Shown here in pieces: positions 19,031-28,032 of a DNA stretch of 64,000 bases (the first letter of the stretch is position 1; every line of letters begins with the position of its first letter). The notes beneath the pieces are model-generated. The model was not told the DNA's origin, ran no database searches, and saw nothing but the letters and a program-made list of their open reading frames with translations. Source of the stretch: Escherichia phage I29; the sequence record ON286975. The stretch is one strand, 5' to 3'. A program made the translations under genes and the position numbers.

Positions 19031-19428
19031 AGATTGAGATTACTAAAGAAGGTAAGAAAGTGTCCGGCAACTATGCAACAGTAATTCGGGATTTAATGTT
19101 TGAAGCCACCAAGATAGGTACATCTAAAGTTGGTCAAACTGTTAGTGTGAAAAGTAATATCGCCACAGGAGAGAAGGTATTCATTGTGGTCAAAGGGCAG
19201 GATCCTGTGGAAGGAACAGTGGGCCGAGGAGGTTACCTGTGCATTTCTGAAGAGCCTCGTATGCTAGTGGCTGACTCCGCTACTATAGGTGGGAAACGTG
19301 TGTGCGAGGCGGATGAGGTAATGATTATCCAGCCTGTTGACCCAGATGATCCAGCAACTTGGGTGGTAGGAAATGAAATCTTCTCTTTAGAAGAGTTATC
19401 CTTCCCAGCCCCGCGCTCTGTTCAGTAA
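19027..19428 (+). CDS. hypothetical protein
   Basis: 133 aa; ATGA overlap with upstream. Confidence 0.5.
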   Translation: MKIEITKEGKKVSGNYATVIRDLMFEATKIGTSKVGQTVSVKSNIATGEKVFIVVKGQDPVEGTVGRGGYLCISEEPRMLVADSATIGGKRVCEADEVMIIQPVDPDDPATWVVGNEIFSLEELSFPAPRSVQ

Positions 19429-19467
19429 TAATTTATCTTACCAGGGACGGTAGAAGCAGGAGGTAGC

Positions 19468-19701
19468 ATGAAAGTTAAATTTCTTACAGATTTAGGGTAC
19501 CCTTCCTTGGTTGACTGTGTTGGTAAAATTGTGGAAGCAAAACGGCTATCTGCAAACGAGAATGTTGTCCTGGTTAAAGGGAAGGATTTACTAGCTGCAG
19601 GTGCAGAGTCTGGCAGGATCTCTCCTGATTATATGTATTACCTATCTTTAAGTAATCTGCCAGAGCGAGGCGGTAAAGGCCTTGAAGTTGTGGAGGAGTG
19701 A
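19468..19701 (+). CDS. small acidic protein, MKVK-family paralogue
   Basis: MKVKFLTD... VLVKGKDLLAAGA... C-terminal LEVVEE; GGAGG RBS. Confidence 0.5.
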   Translation: MKVKFLTDLGYPSLVDCVGKIVEAKRLSANENVVLVKGKDLLAAGAESGRISPDYMYYLSLSNLPERGGKGLEVVEE

Positions 19702-19706
19702 CAGGT

Positions 19707-20231
19707 ATGCTTCTGATTAACTGGGAAGACCTCTATGGGGACAAAGACCCTGTTGCGTTTGTTGATCGTAGGTGGAGATACACTGAAGAACAACTGGCGG
19801 CAAAAAATTTAACTGCAAAACGCAGAAAGATCATCCAGTGCAAGTACAAATACGCACAGTTTGCTGCAAAAGTGTCTCCACAAATCGAGAGCTTTGTGCT
19901 TAAATTGTATGACGAGTACCTCAAATTCAAATTGGATTTTGTACAGGTGTACCGTGCACAGGTACGACCAGATACCAACATATGTAGATGGAAGGTTGTT
20001 TGTGACGGTAAAGATTTGCCGCTCAGCTTGACAATTGAGTGGCGTTATGGGTATCATGAGTGTGGTCTGTATGATATTTGGGATGTCATTGTAGATCCTG
20101 CTAAGCATCTGAACACAGAGGAGCTGGAATATATCAATAAGGTTATTCTCGATATGTTTTTCAGCTACACCCATGAAAACTCTGAGAAAGAACGGGATAA
20201 TTTTCTTGACACCCTCAGCTGCCATTTGTAG
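19707..20231 (+). CDS. hypothetical protein
   Basis: ATG 19707 after GAGGAG; 175 aa. Confidence 0.5.
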   Translation: MLLINWEDLYGDKDPVAFVDRRWRYTEEQLAAKNLTAKRRKIIQCKYKYAQFAAKVSPQIESFVLKLYDEYLKFKLDFVQVYRAQVRPDTNICRWKVVCDGKDLPLSLTIEWRYGYHECGLYDIWDVIVDPAKHLNTEELEYINKVILDMFFSYTHENSEKERDNFLDTLSCHL

Positions 20232-20261
20232 TATACAATTTAACCTACAAAGGGAGGACCA

Positions 20262-20498
20262 ATGAGTATAAATGTTGTGCTAATAGGTTACCTGGTAATG
20301 TCCGTTATAACAGCGGTATTCTTGACAGGTGTATGCATCGTGTCCAGACGAAGGGTGAAGTTTGATGATTTTATCACCATCATCACTGCTGCACCTTTTT
20401 GGCCTGTTGTTATCTTCATCGTGATAATGTGCCTGGTTGATTACTACAAGAATATCCGTAAGGAGAAAAAGGAGGGTAGGGATGGAGACCGCACCTAA
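20262..20498 (+). CDS. small membrane protein
   Basis: Two hydrophobic segments, basic C-terminus; GGGAGG RBS. Confidence 0.5.
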   Translation: MSINVVLIGYLVMSVITAVFLTGVCIVSRRRVKFDDFITIITAAPFWPVVIFIVIMCLVDYYKNIRKEKKEGRDGDRT

Positions 20499-20634
20499 AA
20501 CTGTTTATACTGTTCTTAAAGAGATTGCGTTCTACGCAGATCTTAGTCAGGCACCTTTATGGGAAAAGAACATGTATTTAAAATGGTGCGTTAATTTAGG
20601 GAGACCTTCCAGTGTTTCAAGCCATGTTTATTGA
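20482..20634 (+). CDS. hypothetical protein
   Basis: ATG 20482 (METAPKTVY) after AAGGAGGG; overlaps upstream 3' end. Confidence 0.3.
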   Translation: METAPKTVYTVLKEIAFYADLSQAPLWEKNMYLKWCVNLGRPSSVSSHVY

Positions 20635-20717
20635 GATGCTATCTGGGGTATTGTTACTGGTAGCCATCTTAGGTGGTGCAGTTCTGATGTATAACTATCT
20701 TGAAAAAGGAGACAGTA

Positions 20718-20903
20718 ATGGCAAAAAATAAATCTTTAGAGCAGGCTGAAAACCTTCTCCACGAGCTGGTAAAGGAGTGGAAAGTCGAATACTCAGATTT
20801 TAATGCACGAGAGGGTGAAGATTATTGGCCTACGGAGCGCTCCGAGGGTGAATGGTATCAAGATTTTATAGAGTGGTTATATCAGACGTGCGATGAGGGG
20901 TGA
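20718..20903 (+). CDS. hypothetical protein
   Basis: ATG 20718 after AAAGGAG. Confidence 0.45.
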   Translation: MAKNKSLEQAENLLHELVKEWKVEYSDFNAREGEDYWPTERSEGEWYQDFIEWLYQTCDEG

Positions 20904-20905
20904 CG

Positions 20906-21370
20906 ATGTTTGTTAAATATGTAAAAACGTGCCTCAACAGCCTTGGCAGAGAGCATTGGTACACCTTGCTTGAAAAAGGAGAAATTTTAACAAAATCTGG
21001 AAAGATAACTTTGATACCTCTTGATAGTAAAGGTAAAGACCCGTCACGACTTGTTATAGATGATTACGTTACAGGTGTGACGTTCGAGGTCTCTGTGGAG
21101 AGGTTAATACGCAGAGCTGGCGGCCCTTATGACCGAAGAGAGTATGTTTTCGATTCCGTTACAGAGATGGGGGAGCATCCGTCTTTAATGTTCAGGATGG
21201 TAATCAGAGATATGAGGTCATCTATAGATAGGATCGTAAAGGACATTAAGGAACCTTTTAGAGTAAAAGTTAAGAAGTTTTTCGATTCTAAGATTAACAT
21301 ACTCGCCGTTGCACTAGGTGTAGTTCAACTTCTGTTAATTTTGCACTATTTTGAACTGTTGTTTAAGTAG
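20906..21370 (+). CDS. hypothetical protein with C-terminal transmembrane helix
   Basis: ATG 20906 after GAGGGG; C-terminal ILAVALGVVQLLLILHYF. Confidence 0.5.
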   Translation: MFVKYVKTCLNSLGREHWYTLLEKGEILTKSGKITLIPLDSKGKDPSRLVIDDYVTGVTFEVSVERLIRRAGGPYDRREYVFDSVTEMGEHPSLMFRMVIRDMRSSIDRIVKDIKEPFRVKVKKFFDSKINILAVALGVVQLLLILHYFELLFK

Positions 21371-21430
21371 TGTGCAACAAGGCACAAAGGATGTGCCATA
21401 ATTAAACAAATTAAGAAAGAGGTAGAGAGA

Positions 21431-21778
21431 ATGTCAAAGATTAAATCGATATTAATGTGGGTAGCTGTTGTGGCTTTTGTAGGATACTGGACTTGGGAAA
21501 CTGAATTAAAAGATATCGGATATACCAGTCTTGAGAGCAAGGCGTGCATTGGCATAACCGATGCATTCAGGCAAAATGCTATGGATCACGAATGTGTCGA
21601 TGCAGATATAGATGAGAAACTGTCTAAGGACAAGGATTTTTACCATGGTCATGCCTTGCTTGATAGTGGTGACACTGTAGAATTCTGGTCGTGGTTCCGT
21701 GAAGATGGAACAATAAAGACAGCAGTAAAGATTTCCAACAAAGAGTTAATGCTGTTGCAGCAGAAGGAGGTGCAATGA
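21431..21778 (+). CDS. membrane-anchored hypothetical protein
   Basis: N-terminal hydrophobic helix; GAGG RBS. Confidence 0.5.
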   Translation: MSKIKSILMWVAVVAFVGYWTWETELKDIGYTSLESKACIGITDAFRQNAMDHECVDADIDEKLSKDKDFYHGHALLDSGDTVEFWSWFREDGTIKTAVKISNKELMLLQQKEVQ

Positions 21779-22062
21779 TTTGGATATCCTACACTGATGG
21801 CACCATGCTGTATACTGCAGGTACCAGATATGAAGTTCAGGAGAACGATAAAAAATTTATCGTAAAAACATTTGACAAGGACGACAACCTTTTGCTAGAA
21901 TTGACTTACAAAGTTGGAGAGGTATCCAATATCCAGTTGGATTGTGGTCATAAAGATAATCCACTCAAAAAACCTGGAGTAGGTAAGGCTTCAGAAGAAC
22001 GTCTGTCTCGTATTGCAGAAAGCGTTTCTCCCCAAAAATCTAAGAAGAGGACTAGAAAATGA
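21775..22062 (+). CDS. hypothetical protein
   Basis: ATGA coupling with upstream ORF. Confidence 0.5.
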   Translation: MIWISYTDGTMLYTAGTRYEVQENDKKFIVKTFDKDDNLLLELTYKVGEVSNIQLDCGHKDNPLKKPGVGKASEERLSRIAESVSPQKSKKRTRK

Positions 22063-22253
22063 AAAACTTACGTTTTAACACTTATTACTACAACACATTG
22101 AATGATTTGTATTATATTGTTCGAAGTAAAAGTCCTGAAACAGTCCTATTCTGCCGCGAACCTTTCAAAGGGGAGGAAGTAGAGTCTGAGATGAATGTTA
22201 GCCAGATCACCTCTTTGTTGCTCTCAGGCGCAATGGAAGAAGCAATATTCTAA
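22059..22253 (+). CDS. hypothetical protein
   Basis: ATGA coupling; 64 aa. Confidence 0.45.
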   Translation: MKNLRFNTYYYNTLNDLYYIVRSKSPETVLFCREPFKGEEVESEMNVSQITSLLLSGAMEEAIF

Positions 22254-22271
22254 ACCAGGCGGGAGGGTTTT

Positions 22272-22457
22272 ATGAAGCACTATTGCCTGTCTGGTAGAAT
22301 GGGTGCAGATTGTGATTGGGTTTTCTTAAAACTTGTCAGCATTCGAGAGTTCATCCCAGAGGAAGAGCAAGAAAGCGAGCTGATGTCATGGATCAACCAT
22401 TACGGTAACACTTTTCGGCATGTTAAGGTGGAAGAGTTGCCAAGCGAGGCTGATTGA
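22272..22457 (+). CDS. hypothetical protein
   Basis: 61-aa ORF with GGAGGG RBS. Confidence 0.45.
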   Translation: MKHYCLSGRMGADCDWVFLKLVSIREFIPEEEQESELMSWINHYGNTFRHVKVEELPSEAD

Positions 22458-22459
22458 CT

Positions 22460-22549
22460 ATGATTGCATCAATATTAACGTTTATGGGTGGCGTGGCATT
22501 CGGATTCATTGTTTGCCTGTTTATAGTGATTATGTCTATGCGAGGCTGA
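22460..22549 (+). CDS. small hydrophobic peptide, 29 aa
   Basis: MIASILTFMGGVAFGFIVCLFIVIMSMRG; fills the gap between flanking genes. Confidence 0.35.
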   Translation: MIASILTFMGGVAFGFIVCLFIVIMSMRG

Positions 22550-22552
22550 ATT

Positions 22553-22849
22553 ATGAAACTTTTTGAGTGGTTTAAAAAGTTTAAATATAAAGCTGTAGCC
22601 ATCGTGCCGTGGTCCATTCAGTGGGTTGATGAAGGTGGTCTACCAATACCTGGTGACAAAGATACTGGGTACTGGATTATGATGGAGAACGGGTTTGGAA
22701 AGCGAAAGTATACGTGCACAAACTCTACTCGATCTGCACTTAATAGAGTGCCTGGTTACAAACTTATGGTTGTGTGGAAAATGTCAGGTGTGCCTCCAGC
22801 TAATGCTCAATTTCTTACTGACAATCCGACCACGGTGGAGGGAGATTGA
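22553..22849 (+). CDS. hypothetical protein
   Basis: 98 aa on cluster strand. Confidence 0.5.
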   Translation: MKLFEWFKKFKYKAVAIVPWSIQWVDEGGLPIPGDKDTGYWIMMENGFGKRKYTCTNSTRSALNRVPGYKLMVVWKMSGVPPANAQFLTDNPTTVEGD

Positions 22850-22851
22850 TA

Positions 22852-23133
22852 ATGAAAAAGATTAACAGTGGTGAAGTTGAGTTTAAACTTGTCGGGAAAG
22901 GCACTTACTGGGAAGTTCGTCAAAAGGTATATTTGTTCGGTCTTATTCCCTATTGGTCTAAATTCTACTGGGGAGCTAACGAGTGGGGAAGATACGCCAC
23001 CAAATCAATGGCACTTATTGGTATAGCAGAGTACATTGCAGCCAGAGATAGGGTTGGAGACACTTATTACTATACTGCGGACGATATTCGTAACAGTGTT
23101 TACGTCCCACAACCACCTGATGGAGACCGTTGA
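22852..23133 (+). CDS. hypothetical protein
   Basis: ATG 22852 after GGAGGGAG. Confidence 0.5.
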   Translation: MKKINSGEVEFKLVGKGTYWEVRQKVYLFGLIPYWSKFYWGANEWGRYATKSMALIGIAEYIAARDRVGDTYYYTADDIRNSVYVPQPPDGDR

Positions 23134-23357
23134 TGAAAGTTAAAGTTTTAGATTCAAGCTTCTATATTGGTCAGGAGCCTTTAGTAGGGAAATTGTTTAC
23201 TGCTGTCCCTAACGAAGATTACCCTGACCTTTTAAAAATAAAAGGGGCAGATCTTATTGCCGCTGGTGCATCTCAGGAATGCTTTGACAGTCAGTGGACC
23301 TACAACTTTGCCCTAGGTGAGGATGTAGAGGTAGTGGAGGACGATCATGAAGGTTAA
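23133..23357 (+). CDS. small acidic protein, MKVK-family paralogue
   Basis: MKVKVLDS... KIKGADLIAAGA... DVEVVEDD; coupled to upstream stop. Confidence 0.5.
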   Translation: MKVKVLDSSFYIGQEPLVGKLFTAVPNEDYPDLLKIKGADLIAAGASQECFDSQWTYNFALGEDVEVVEDDHEG

Positions 23358-23601
23358 AATTCTTGATTCTAACGTCTACTTGGGACAATCCTTCCTGAAT
23401 GGAAAGGTCGTTCCTGCGGTATACTTTGAAGGGTTGCCGTGGGATGATCCTGTGCGGCAACATCACAGTTATGTAGGCCACAACGTGGTGTTTATCTTGG
23501 GATCAGACCTGATCACCGCTGGTGCACCTGAATATTATTTCGGGGAAGAGTCCTACTATGCCTTTGGGGTAGGGTCAGATGCAGATATTGTAGAGCTGTG
23601 A
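23347..23601 (+). CDS. small acidic protein, MKVK-family paralogue
   Basis: MKVKILDSNVYLGQ... ILGSDLITAGA... DADIVEL. Confidence 0.5.
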   Translation: MKVKILDSNVYLGQSFLNGKVVPAVYFEGLPWDDPVRQHHSYVGHNVVFILGSDLITAGAPEYYFGEESYYAFGVGSDADIVEL

Positions 23602-23613
23602 TGGGTAACCGTT

Positions 23614-24012
23614 GTGAAAAATAAACTGTTTAAAGTTACAATGAAAATTCGCGGGGCTTGGAGCGTAAAGCAAGGGCGTATTCCAGAATTTGAGAAGGAC
23701 TTCTACGTAGTCTCCACCTCGGAGGAGGCTGCATGCTGGCAGGCTGGCTATGCCTATGCAAGAACCTGGTACGAAGGATACCAGACTGGGGGCTATGACG
23801 GAGAAATTATCAGCAAGGGTGTAGAAGAAATTAATGTGTTGACAAGTGAAAAAGTTTTTGTTATAGTGCATCCAGATTCCAGAGTGAAGCATTACTGGAA
23901 TTCCAGAACAAAAACTTGGACACCGTTTGCAGATTCTGCTACACCACTTTTAAACCAGAAAGCTCTTGATTCTGTCCCAAGCTATGGGGTTGTTGAAGAA
24001 AAGCTAAACTGA
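23614..24012 (+). CDS. hypothetical protein (paralogue of 25819-26214)
   Basis: VIVHPDSRVKHYWNSRTKTWTPF resembles FVMRHPHSNIAYYWDVLNNEWTP. Confidence 0.45.
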   Translation: MKNKLFKVTMKIRGAWSVKQGRIPEFEKDFYVVSTSEEAACWQAGYAYARTWYEGYQTGGYDGEIISKGVEEINVLTSEKVFVIVHPDSRVKHYWNSRTKTWTPFADSATPLLNQKALDSVPSYGVVEEKLN

Positions 24013-24029
24013 AACAGTGAGGTGCCACT

Positions 24030-24320
24030 ATGATGGATTTAGTTCTGAATATTGATAACGCAGGAGAGGTTAAAGACGATGGTGTAACAAGCATGGACCA
24101 GCCATGCCCTGCCAAGATTGACTCAAAATGGACCTATAAGTTTGACGGAGAGATCTTTGCAAATGATGAAAAGGTTGTAGATGCTGCAGCCATTTTGAAC
24201 GCTCTAGGGTACGACCCTGTAAATTCTTTGATCAAGGATCCTGTTGAGTTTGCAGAGTATGTTCGAAAAATGGCAGATCTTGCTGTAGATATTTTAAATA
24301 CTATCGACAACAATCTGTAA
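24030..24320 (+). CDS. acidic hypothetical protein
   Basis: GAGGTG RBS; 96 aa. Confidence 0.5.
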   Translation: MMDLVLNIDNAGEVKDDGVTSMDQPCPAKIDSKWTYKFDGEIFANDEKVVDAAAILNALGYDPVNSLIKDPVEFAEYVRKMADLAVDILNTIDNNL

Positions 24321-24326
24321 AAACTG

Positions 24327-24355
24327 TTGACACAACGCTTCAGATTTAGTATCAT
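24327..24355 (+). promoter_or_regulatory. sigma70-type promoter upstream of HPF homologue
   Basis: TTGACA-17-TATCAT. Confidence 0.5.
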
Positions 24356-24402
24356 TGTTTTCAAAGAGGGTTTGGTTCCCTCTTCTTTAAAAGGAACACG
24401 TT

Positions 24403-24720
24403 ATGCAAATTGAAATCACTGGCAACGTAGAAATCACTGAAGGTATGGTGTCTTTCATTTCCCACAAAATGTCTAAGCTGGAGCGTTTGCACCCCTCTGC
24501 CAACTATGCACGTGTGAGTGTAAAAGTTGAAAATGATCACCAGGAAGTTATGGCGTTCATTTTTGACAATTCTGGAAAAGAAGTTATTGCCAAAGCTAAA
24601 GGCAGTGATGCTTACGAGGCAACTGACCGTATGGTAGATGTTGCAGCACGTCAGCTGGCTAAATGTGGTGGAAAGAAAGGTAAGGGGAAAGGCAAAGTAA
24701 AGATTGACTTTGGAGAATGA
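24403..24720 (+). CDS. hpf: ribosome hibernation promoting factor / RaiA (S30AE) homologue
   Basis: MQIEITGNVEITEGM...KLERL...AKGSDAYEATDRMVDVAARQLAK aligns with E. coli HPF MQLNITGNNVEITEA...KLEQ...AEGQDMYAAIDGLIDKLARQLTK; Lys-rich tail. Confidence 0.8.
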   Translation: MQIEITGNVEITEGMVSFISHKMSKLERLHPSANYARVSVKVENDHQEVMAFIFDNSGKEVIAKAKGSDAYEATDRMVDVAARQLAKCGGKKGKGKGKVKIDFGE

Positions 24721-24729
24721 GGTGCTACA

Positions 24730-24831
24730 ATGGGTGTGATTAAGAAATTAGTCCCAAATGTAGAGATTGCATGCTTTGAAATTATGTTTGCAATCGCAGT
24801 TGTAGTTAATGTGTTAGGTTACGGCTATTAA
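24730..24831 (+). CDS. small hydrophobic peptide, 33 aa
   Basis: MGVIKKLVPNVEIACFEIMFAIAVVVNVLGYGY; GAGGTG RBS just after HPF stop. Confidence 0.4.
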   Translation: MGVIKKLVPNVEIACFEIMFAIAVVVNVLGYGY

Positions 24832-24857
24832 TATCAAATAATTGAGGAGACCTCTAA

Positions 24858-25127
24858 ATGAAAATTAAATTATTCAAAACTGAGCTGGCAGACAAAAACT
24901 GTGGACTGGTTGAAGGCATGATTGTCGAAGCACAACCAGTTGACTATATGAAGGTGGTTCGTGATGCCCTGGGTGAAGGTTTTGATCTGATGGAGCCAGC
25001 TCTGCGCGAAGATGTTATCGAGATGGCTAAAAAGCACACACCTGAAGGTTTGGTGGTGTTTGTTGCACCGGGTAACGGAGAAGAGTTGATTGTAACTCCT
25101 GATGTGTATGAGATTGTAGAGGAATAA
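24858..25127 (+). CDS. small acidic protein, MKVK-family paralogue
   Basis: MKIKLFKTEL... C-terminal VYEIVEE; GGAGA RBS. Confidence 0.5.
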   Translation: MKIKLFKTELADKNCGLVEGMIVEAQPVDYMKVVRDALGEGFDLMEPALREDVIEMAKKHTPEGLVVFVAPGNGEELIVTPDVYEIVEE

Positions 25128-25218
25128 TCCTGCTTGGATTAGCATACTTCCTCGATAAGGAAGATTTGTAATTATTTGTGGGAAAGGAATCCCAATCTCT
25201 TACCAGAGGTGATACTAT

Positions 25219-25482
25219 ATGATTGTTTATTTTAAAACTTCAGGTGGATACCCTGATTCTCAAAGCTTGATCGGAAAAACGTGCACAGCATACTCACCTC
25301 TTGATGAGGAGGTAAGCGATATTCTACGAAATATGTATCGGATTGATCCCCAAGAAGCTTTTGATCAAAACCTTGTATTTGTCAAGGGCTCAGACATGAA
25401 GTCTTTGGGAGCATTCCCTGAAGCAGATGATGATGCCGTTTATTCGTTCATGACCCCTTTTGAAGCTATGGTTGTTGGGTGA
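25219..25482 (+). CDS. small acidic protein, MKVK-family paralogue
   Basis: LVFVKGSDMKSLGAFPE core shared with family. Confidence 0.5.
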   Translation: MIVYFKTSGGYPDSQSLIGKTCTAYSPLDEEVSDILRNMYRIDPQEAFDQNLVFVKGSDMKSLGAFPEADDDAVYSFMTPFEAMVVG

Positions 25483-25486
25483 TAAT

Positions 25487-25819
25487 ATGAAAGTACGCTT
25501 TATTGGTGAAACAATTCCTGTGCATCTCCGGTCGCCTGAAGATTCTGCGGATCTTGCATCTCAGAAGGCGAGAGGTTATGATAAGAAAGTAATCTCAACC
25601 GATGTAGAACTTGAGGCTACTAGTCTACCTGACCCTGCTGCATTCTTCAATCATTATGGATACTATTTCAGCAATCTGATGAATATCGGTGAGCTTGTGT
25701 TTATTAGTGGTGGAGAGATTGTTAGCAAGCTTGGCGGCGATCCAGATGTCTTTCATGAAACCTGTCCTTTTGCATTTGTGGTAGGTTCAGATGTGGAAGT
25801 TATTGAGGAGGTGCGGTAA
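25487..25819 (+). CDS. small acidic protein, MKVK-family paralogue
   Basis: MKVRFIGE... LVFISGGEIVSKLGGDPD... DVEVIEEVR. Confidence 0.5.
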   Translation: MKVRFIGETIPVHLRSPEDSADLASQKARGYDKKVISTDVELEATSLPDPAAFFNHYGYYFSNLMNIGELVFISGGEIVSKLGGDPDVFHETCPFAFVVGSDVEVIEEVR

Positions 25820-26214
25820 TGGTAAGCCTATACCGTGTTGAGTATAGCTCAGATACTGTATACAACGTAAGAAGCAAAGATCGCAGCGACAGAGTGCAAG
25901 AAATGTATGTTCTTGCCGACAGTCCGTTATCTGCAGCGTTCAAGGCAGGGGCTCTTGCATCTCGTTGGAAATTTGAAGGCGGATCTTTCTATGAAGAAAC
26001 CCTTGAAGATTCTGTTGTTATTTCTTCTGTAGAGGTTTCAGACGACTACGAAGGGAAAAAGTTCGTAATGCGGCACCCACACAGCAACATTGCGTACTAC
26101 TGGGATGTTCTGAACAACGAGTGGACCCCAGATCTTCAGAAGGCTACTGTGCTAACACCGTTTTTGGCAGATAAGTTCCCACCAGAAGGTAATTTATCCG
26201 CACTGTTTCAGTAA
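25819..26214 (+). CDS. hypothetical protein (paralogue of 23614-24012)
   Basis: Shared YYW...WTP motif; ATG overlaps upstream stop. Confidence 0.5.
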   Translation: MVSLYRVEYSSDTVYNVRSKDRSDRVQEMYVLADSPLSAAFKAGALASRWKFEGGSFYEETLEDSVVISSVEVSDDYEGKKFVMRHPHSNIAYYWDVLNNEWTPDLQKATVLTPFLADKFPPEGNLSALFQ

Positions 26215-26232
26215 TTTTCTTGCACACAGGTG

Positions 26233-26261
26233 TTGACAACGCCAACCCTGTGTGAAATAAT
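26233..26261 (+). promoter_or_regulatory. sigma70-type promoter (extended -10)
   Basis: TTGACA-17-AATAAT with upstream TG. Confidence 0.4.
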
Positions 26262-26293
26262 ACCTTCATCTTAACAAGACAGGAGACCGATTG

Positions 26294-26551
26294 ATGAAGA
26301 TTAAATTGAAAAACCTTGAAACGGCAGAGATTCAGGACGGTGTTGATTTCCGTTCTAAAGATGGTGACATCTTAGAGGTAAATATTCCAACCTACGAGCT
26401 GATTAAAGGTTTTGGCAACGTTCCGGAAGAGGATATTACAGAAATTCTTATGATGTTGATTCTTGACGGAACTGTGTTTGTAGGTGAAGGTGAGAACGCT
26501 ATTGCAATCCCAGGCCATTTTTATGAAGTAGTTGACGAAGAGGTGCTGTAA
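26294..26551 (+). CDS. small acidic protein, MKVK-family paralogue
   Basis: MKIKLKNLE... C-terminal FYEVVDEEVL; AGGAGA RBS. Confidence 0.5.
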   Translation: MKIKLKNLETAEIQDGVDFRSKDGDILEVNIPTYELIKGFGNVPEEDITEILMMLILDGTVFVGEGENAIAIPGHFYEVVDEEVL

Positions 26552-26902
26552 ATGAAAGTAGAAATTACCGGTTTTGATGTGAATGTGGTTCCGGAAGATA
26601 TTTTAGCTAAACTTCCAGAAGGTTTTGGTAACGGCGTTGTGGTGGATGCTGTTCCTCCTACCAAAGACATTCTGCTGCAGTATGGTGTAGCAGAGGAAGA
26701 TGTCGATAAAGTTCTTACAATGATGGCAATCGATCGTGTTGTCGTTGTTAAAGGTCTCGATAATTTTGAGAGTGATCCCCTGATTATTCGTGGAGATGAC
26801 TACAAAATCATCGATAATGAAGGCCAAGAGTTCTATGAACCTTGTGCAGAAGATATTCTTAACTTATTACTGGAAGCAGGTACCGAAGAGGAGGACGAAT
26901 AA
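26552..26902 (+). CDS. small acidic protein, MKVK-family paralogue
   Basis: MKVEITGFD... VVVVKGLDNF...; acidic tail. Confidence 0.5.
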   Translation: MKVEITGFDVNVVPEDILAKLPEGFGNGVVVDAVPPTKDILLQYGVAEEDVDKVLTMMAIDRVVVVKGLDNFESDPLIIRGDDYKIIDNEGQEFYEPCAEDILNLLLEAGTEEEDE

Positions 26903-27231
26903 TGAAGATTGACCCGTTACTGAAGGCTCGTGCAGAAAAAGCGTACACCATTAAGCTGACCAACCTGGTTCCTACTTGTCATCCAGATGTAGGTTGGCCT
27001 GAAGGTCTGGTAGAGGGGACTGTAACAGCTGCATACCTCCCTAACATCAAATACCTTATGGAAATCTTGGAGCTGGATGAGGAAACGGCAGAAGAGTTAC
27101 AGTTGGACATGAAACAAAGTGGGACTCTGGTTATTCACGGGTGGTATAATACTAAAGACGCAGAAGACCCTCTTGTAACTTCTAATCTGGCATATGAAAT
27201 CTTAGGACCTTTGAACCTGGGGGAAGACTAA
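26902..27231 (+). CDS. small acidic protein
   Basis: ATGA coupling; 109 aa. Confidence 0.5.
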   Translation: MKIDPLLKARAEKAYTIKLTNLVPTCHPDVGWPEGLVEGTVTAAYLPNIKYLMEILELDEETAEELQLDMKQSGTLVIHGWYNTKDAEDPLVTSNLAYEILGPLNLGED

Positions 27232-27524
27232 TGAAAGATCTGGTTAAGATTAAGATTAAGATTAAAGATACCAACGGCGAACTCAGCCATTTTGGAATTA
27301 ATGATGGTGACGAGCTGATCGCACACCTTCCTACCAAGGAAGTTGTAAGCAAGGCGGTTGCCGGAGAAGAAGATGCAATGCAGGCTGCAGGTGTGGATGA
27401 AAACTATGTAGCCATGTGCATGTGCCGAGATCAGGTTGTTCTGTATAAAGCGTATCGACCAAACGGAGCCACGGAGTGGCTTGTATTCCGACCAGAAGGA
27501 TATGAAATCTTAGAGGCACTATGA
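27231..27524 (+). CDS. small acidic protein
   Basis: ATGA coupling; MKDLVKIKIKIKD...; C-terminal YEILEAL. Confidence 0.5.
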   Translation: MKDLVKIKIKIKDTNGELSHFGINDGDELIAHLPTKEVVSKAVAGEEDAMQAAGVDENYVAMCMCRDQVVLYKAYRPNGATEWLVFRPEGYEILEAL

Positions 27525-27613
27525 TAAATCTTGCCAAGGTTGCAACGGCACTATTAATTATTTGCTGGTCAGTAACCTTAACACTGTGTCTTGTATTTCA
27601 GTAAGGTGCTTGT

Positions 27614-27877
27614 ATGAACATCCTGATGTGGGTTATAGCAGTGGCGTTTGTTGCATGTTTTTGCTGCTGGGTTGCGGTGAGGATTTCTGTAGCTACCCTT
27701 CGGAAGTTGGGGTTCTCAGAATGGGATATTAATATCCTTTCTTTTCGCAATGAAACAATCTCAGCCGCCCTGCTTTGTAAGAAATTTAAGTGGGAACCTT
27801 GTGAGGTCATGAGCTATCTAAGAACAGGCGATATCCCTGAAAGATTTAAAAAAGTTCTTGACGGCAAGGATAAATAA
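27614..27877 (+). CDS. membrane-anchored hypothetical protein
   Basis: N-terminal hydrophobic helix MNILMWVIAVAFVACFCCWVAV. Confidence 0.45.
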   Translation: MNILMWVIAVAFVACFCCWVAVRISVATLRKLGFSEWDINILSFRNETISAALLCKKFKWEPCEVMSYLRTGDIPERFKKVLDGKDK

Positions 27878-28032
27878 CAGTATAGTGACTAACAAGAGGT
27901 GAGGGGTGACTGATTTTACTGAAGCTTTAATGATGGCCTTGTCTGTTTTAGCGCTATCGGTGTGTTTTGGGGCGTTATTCACATCTCTGGTTAAAGTTTT
28001 ACATACAGTATTATTACCCAAGGAGCGCAGTA

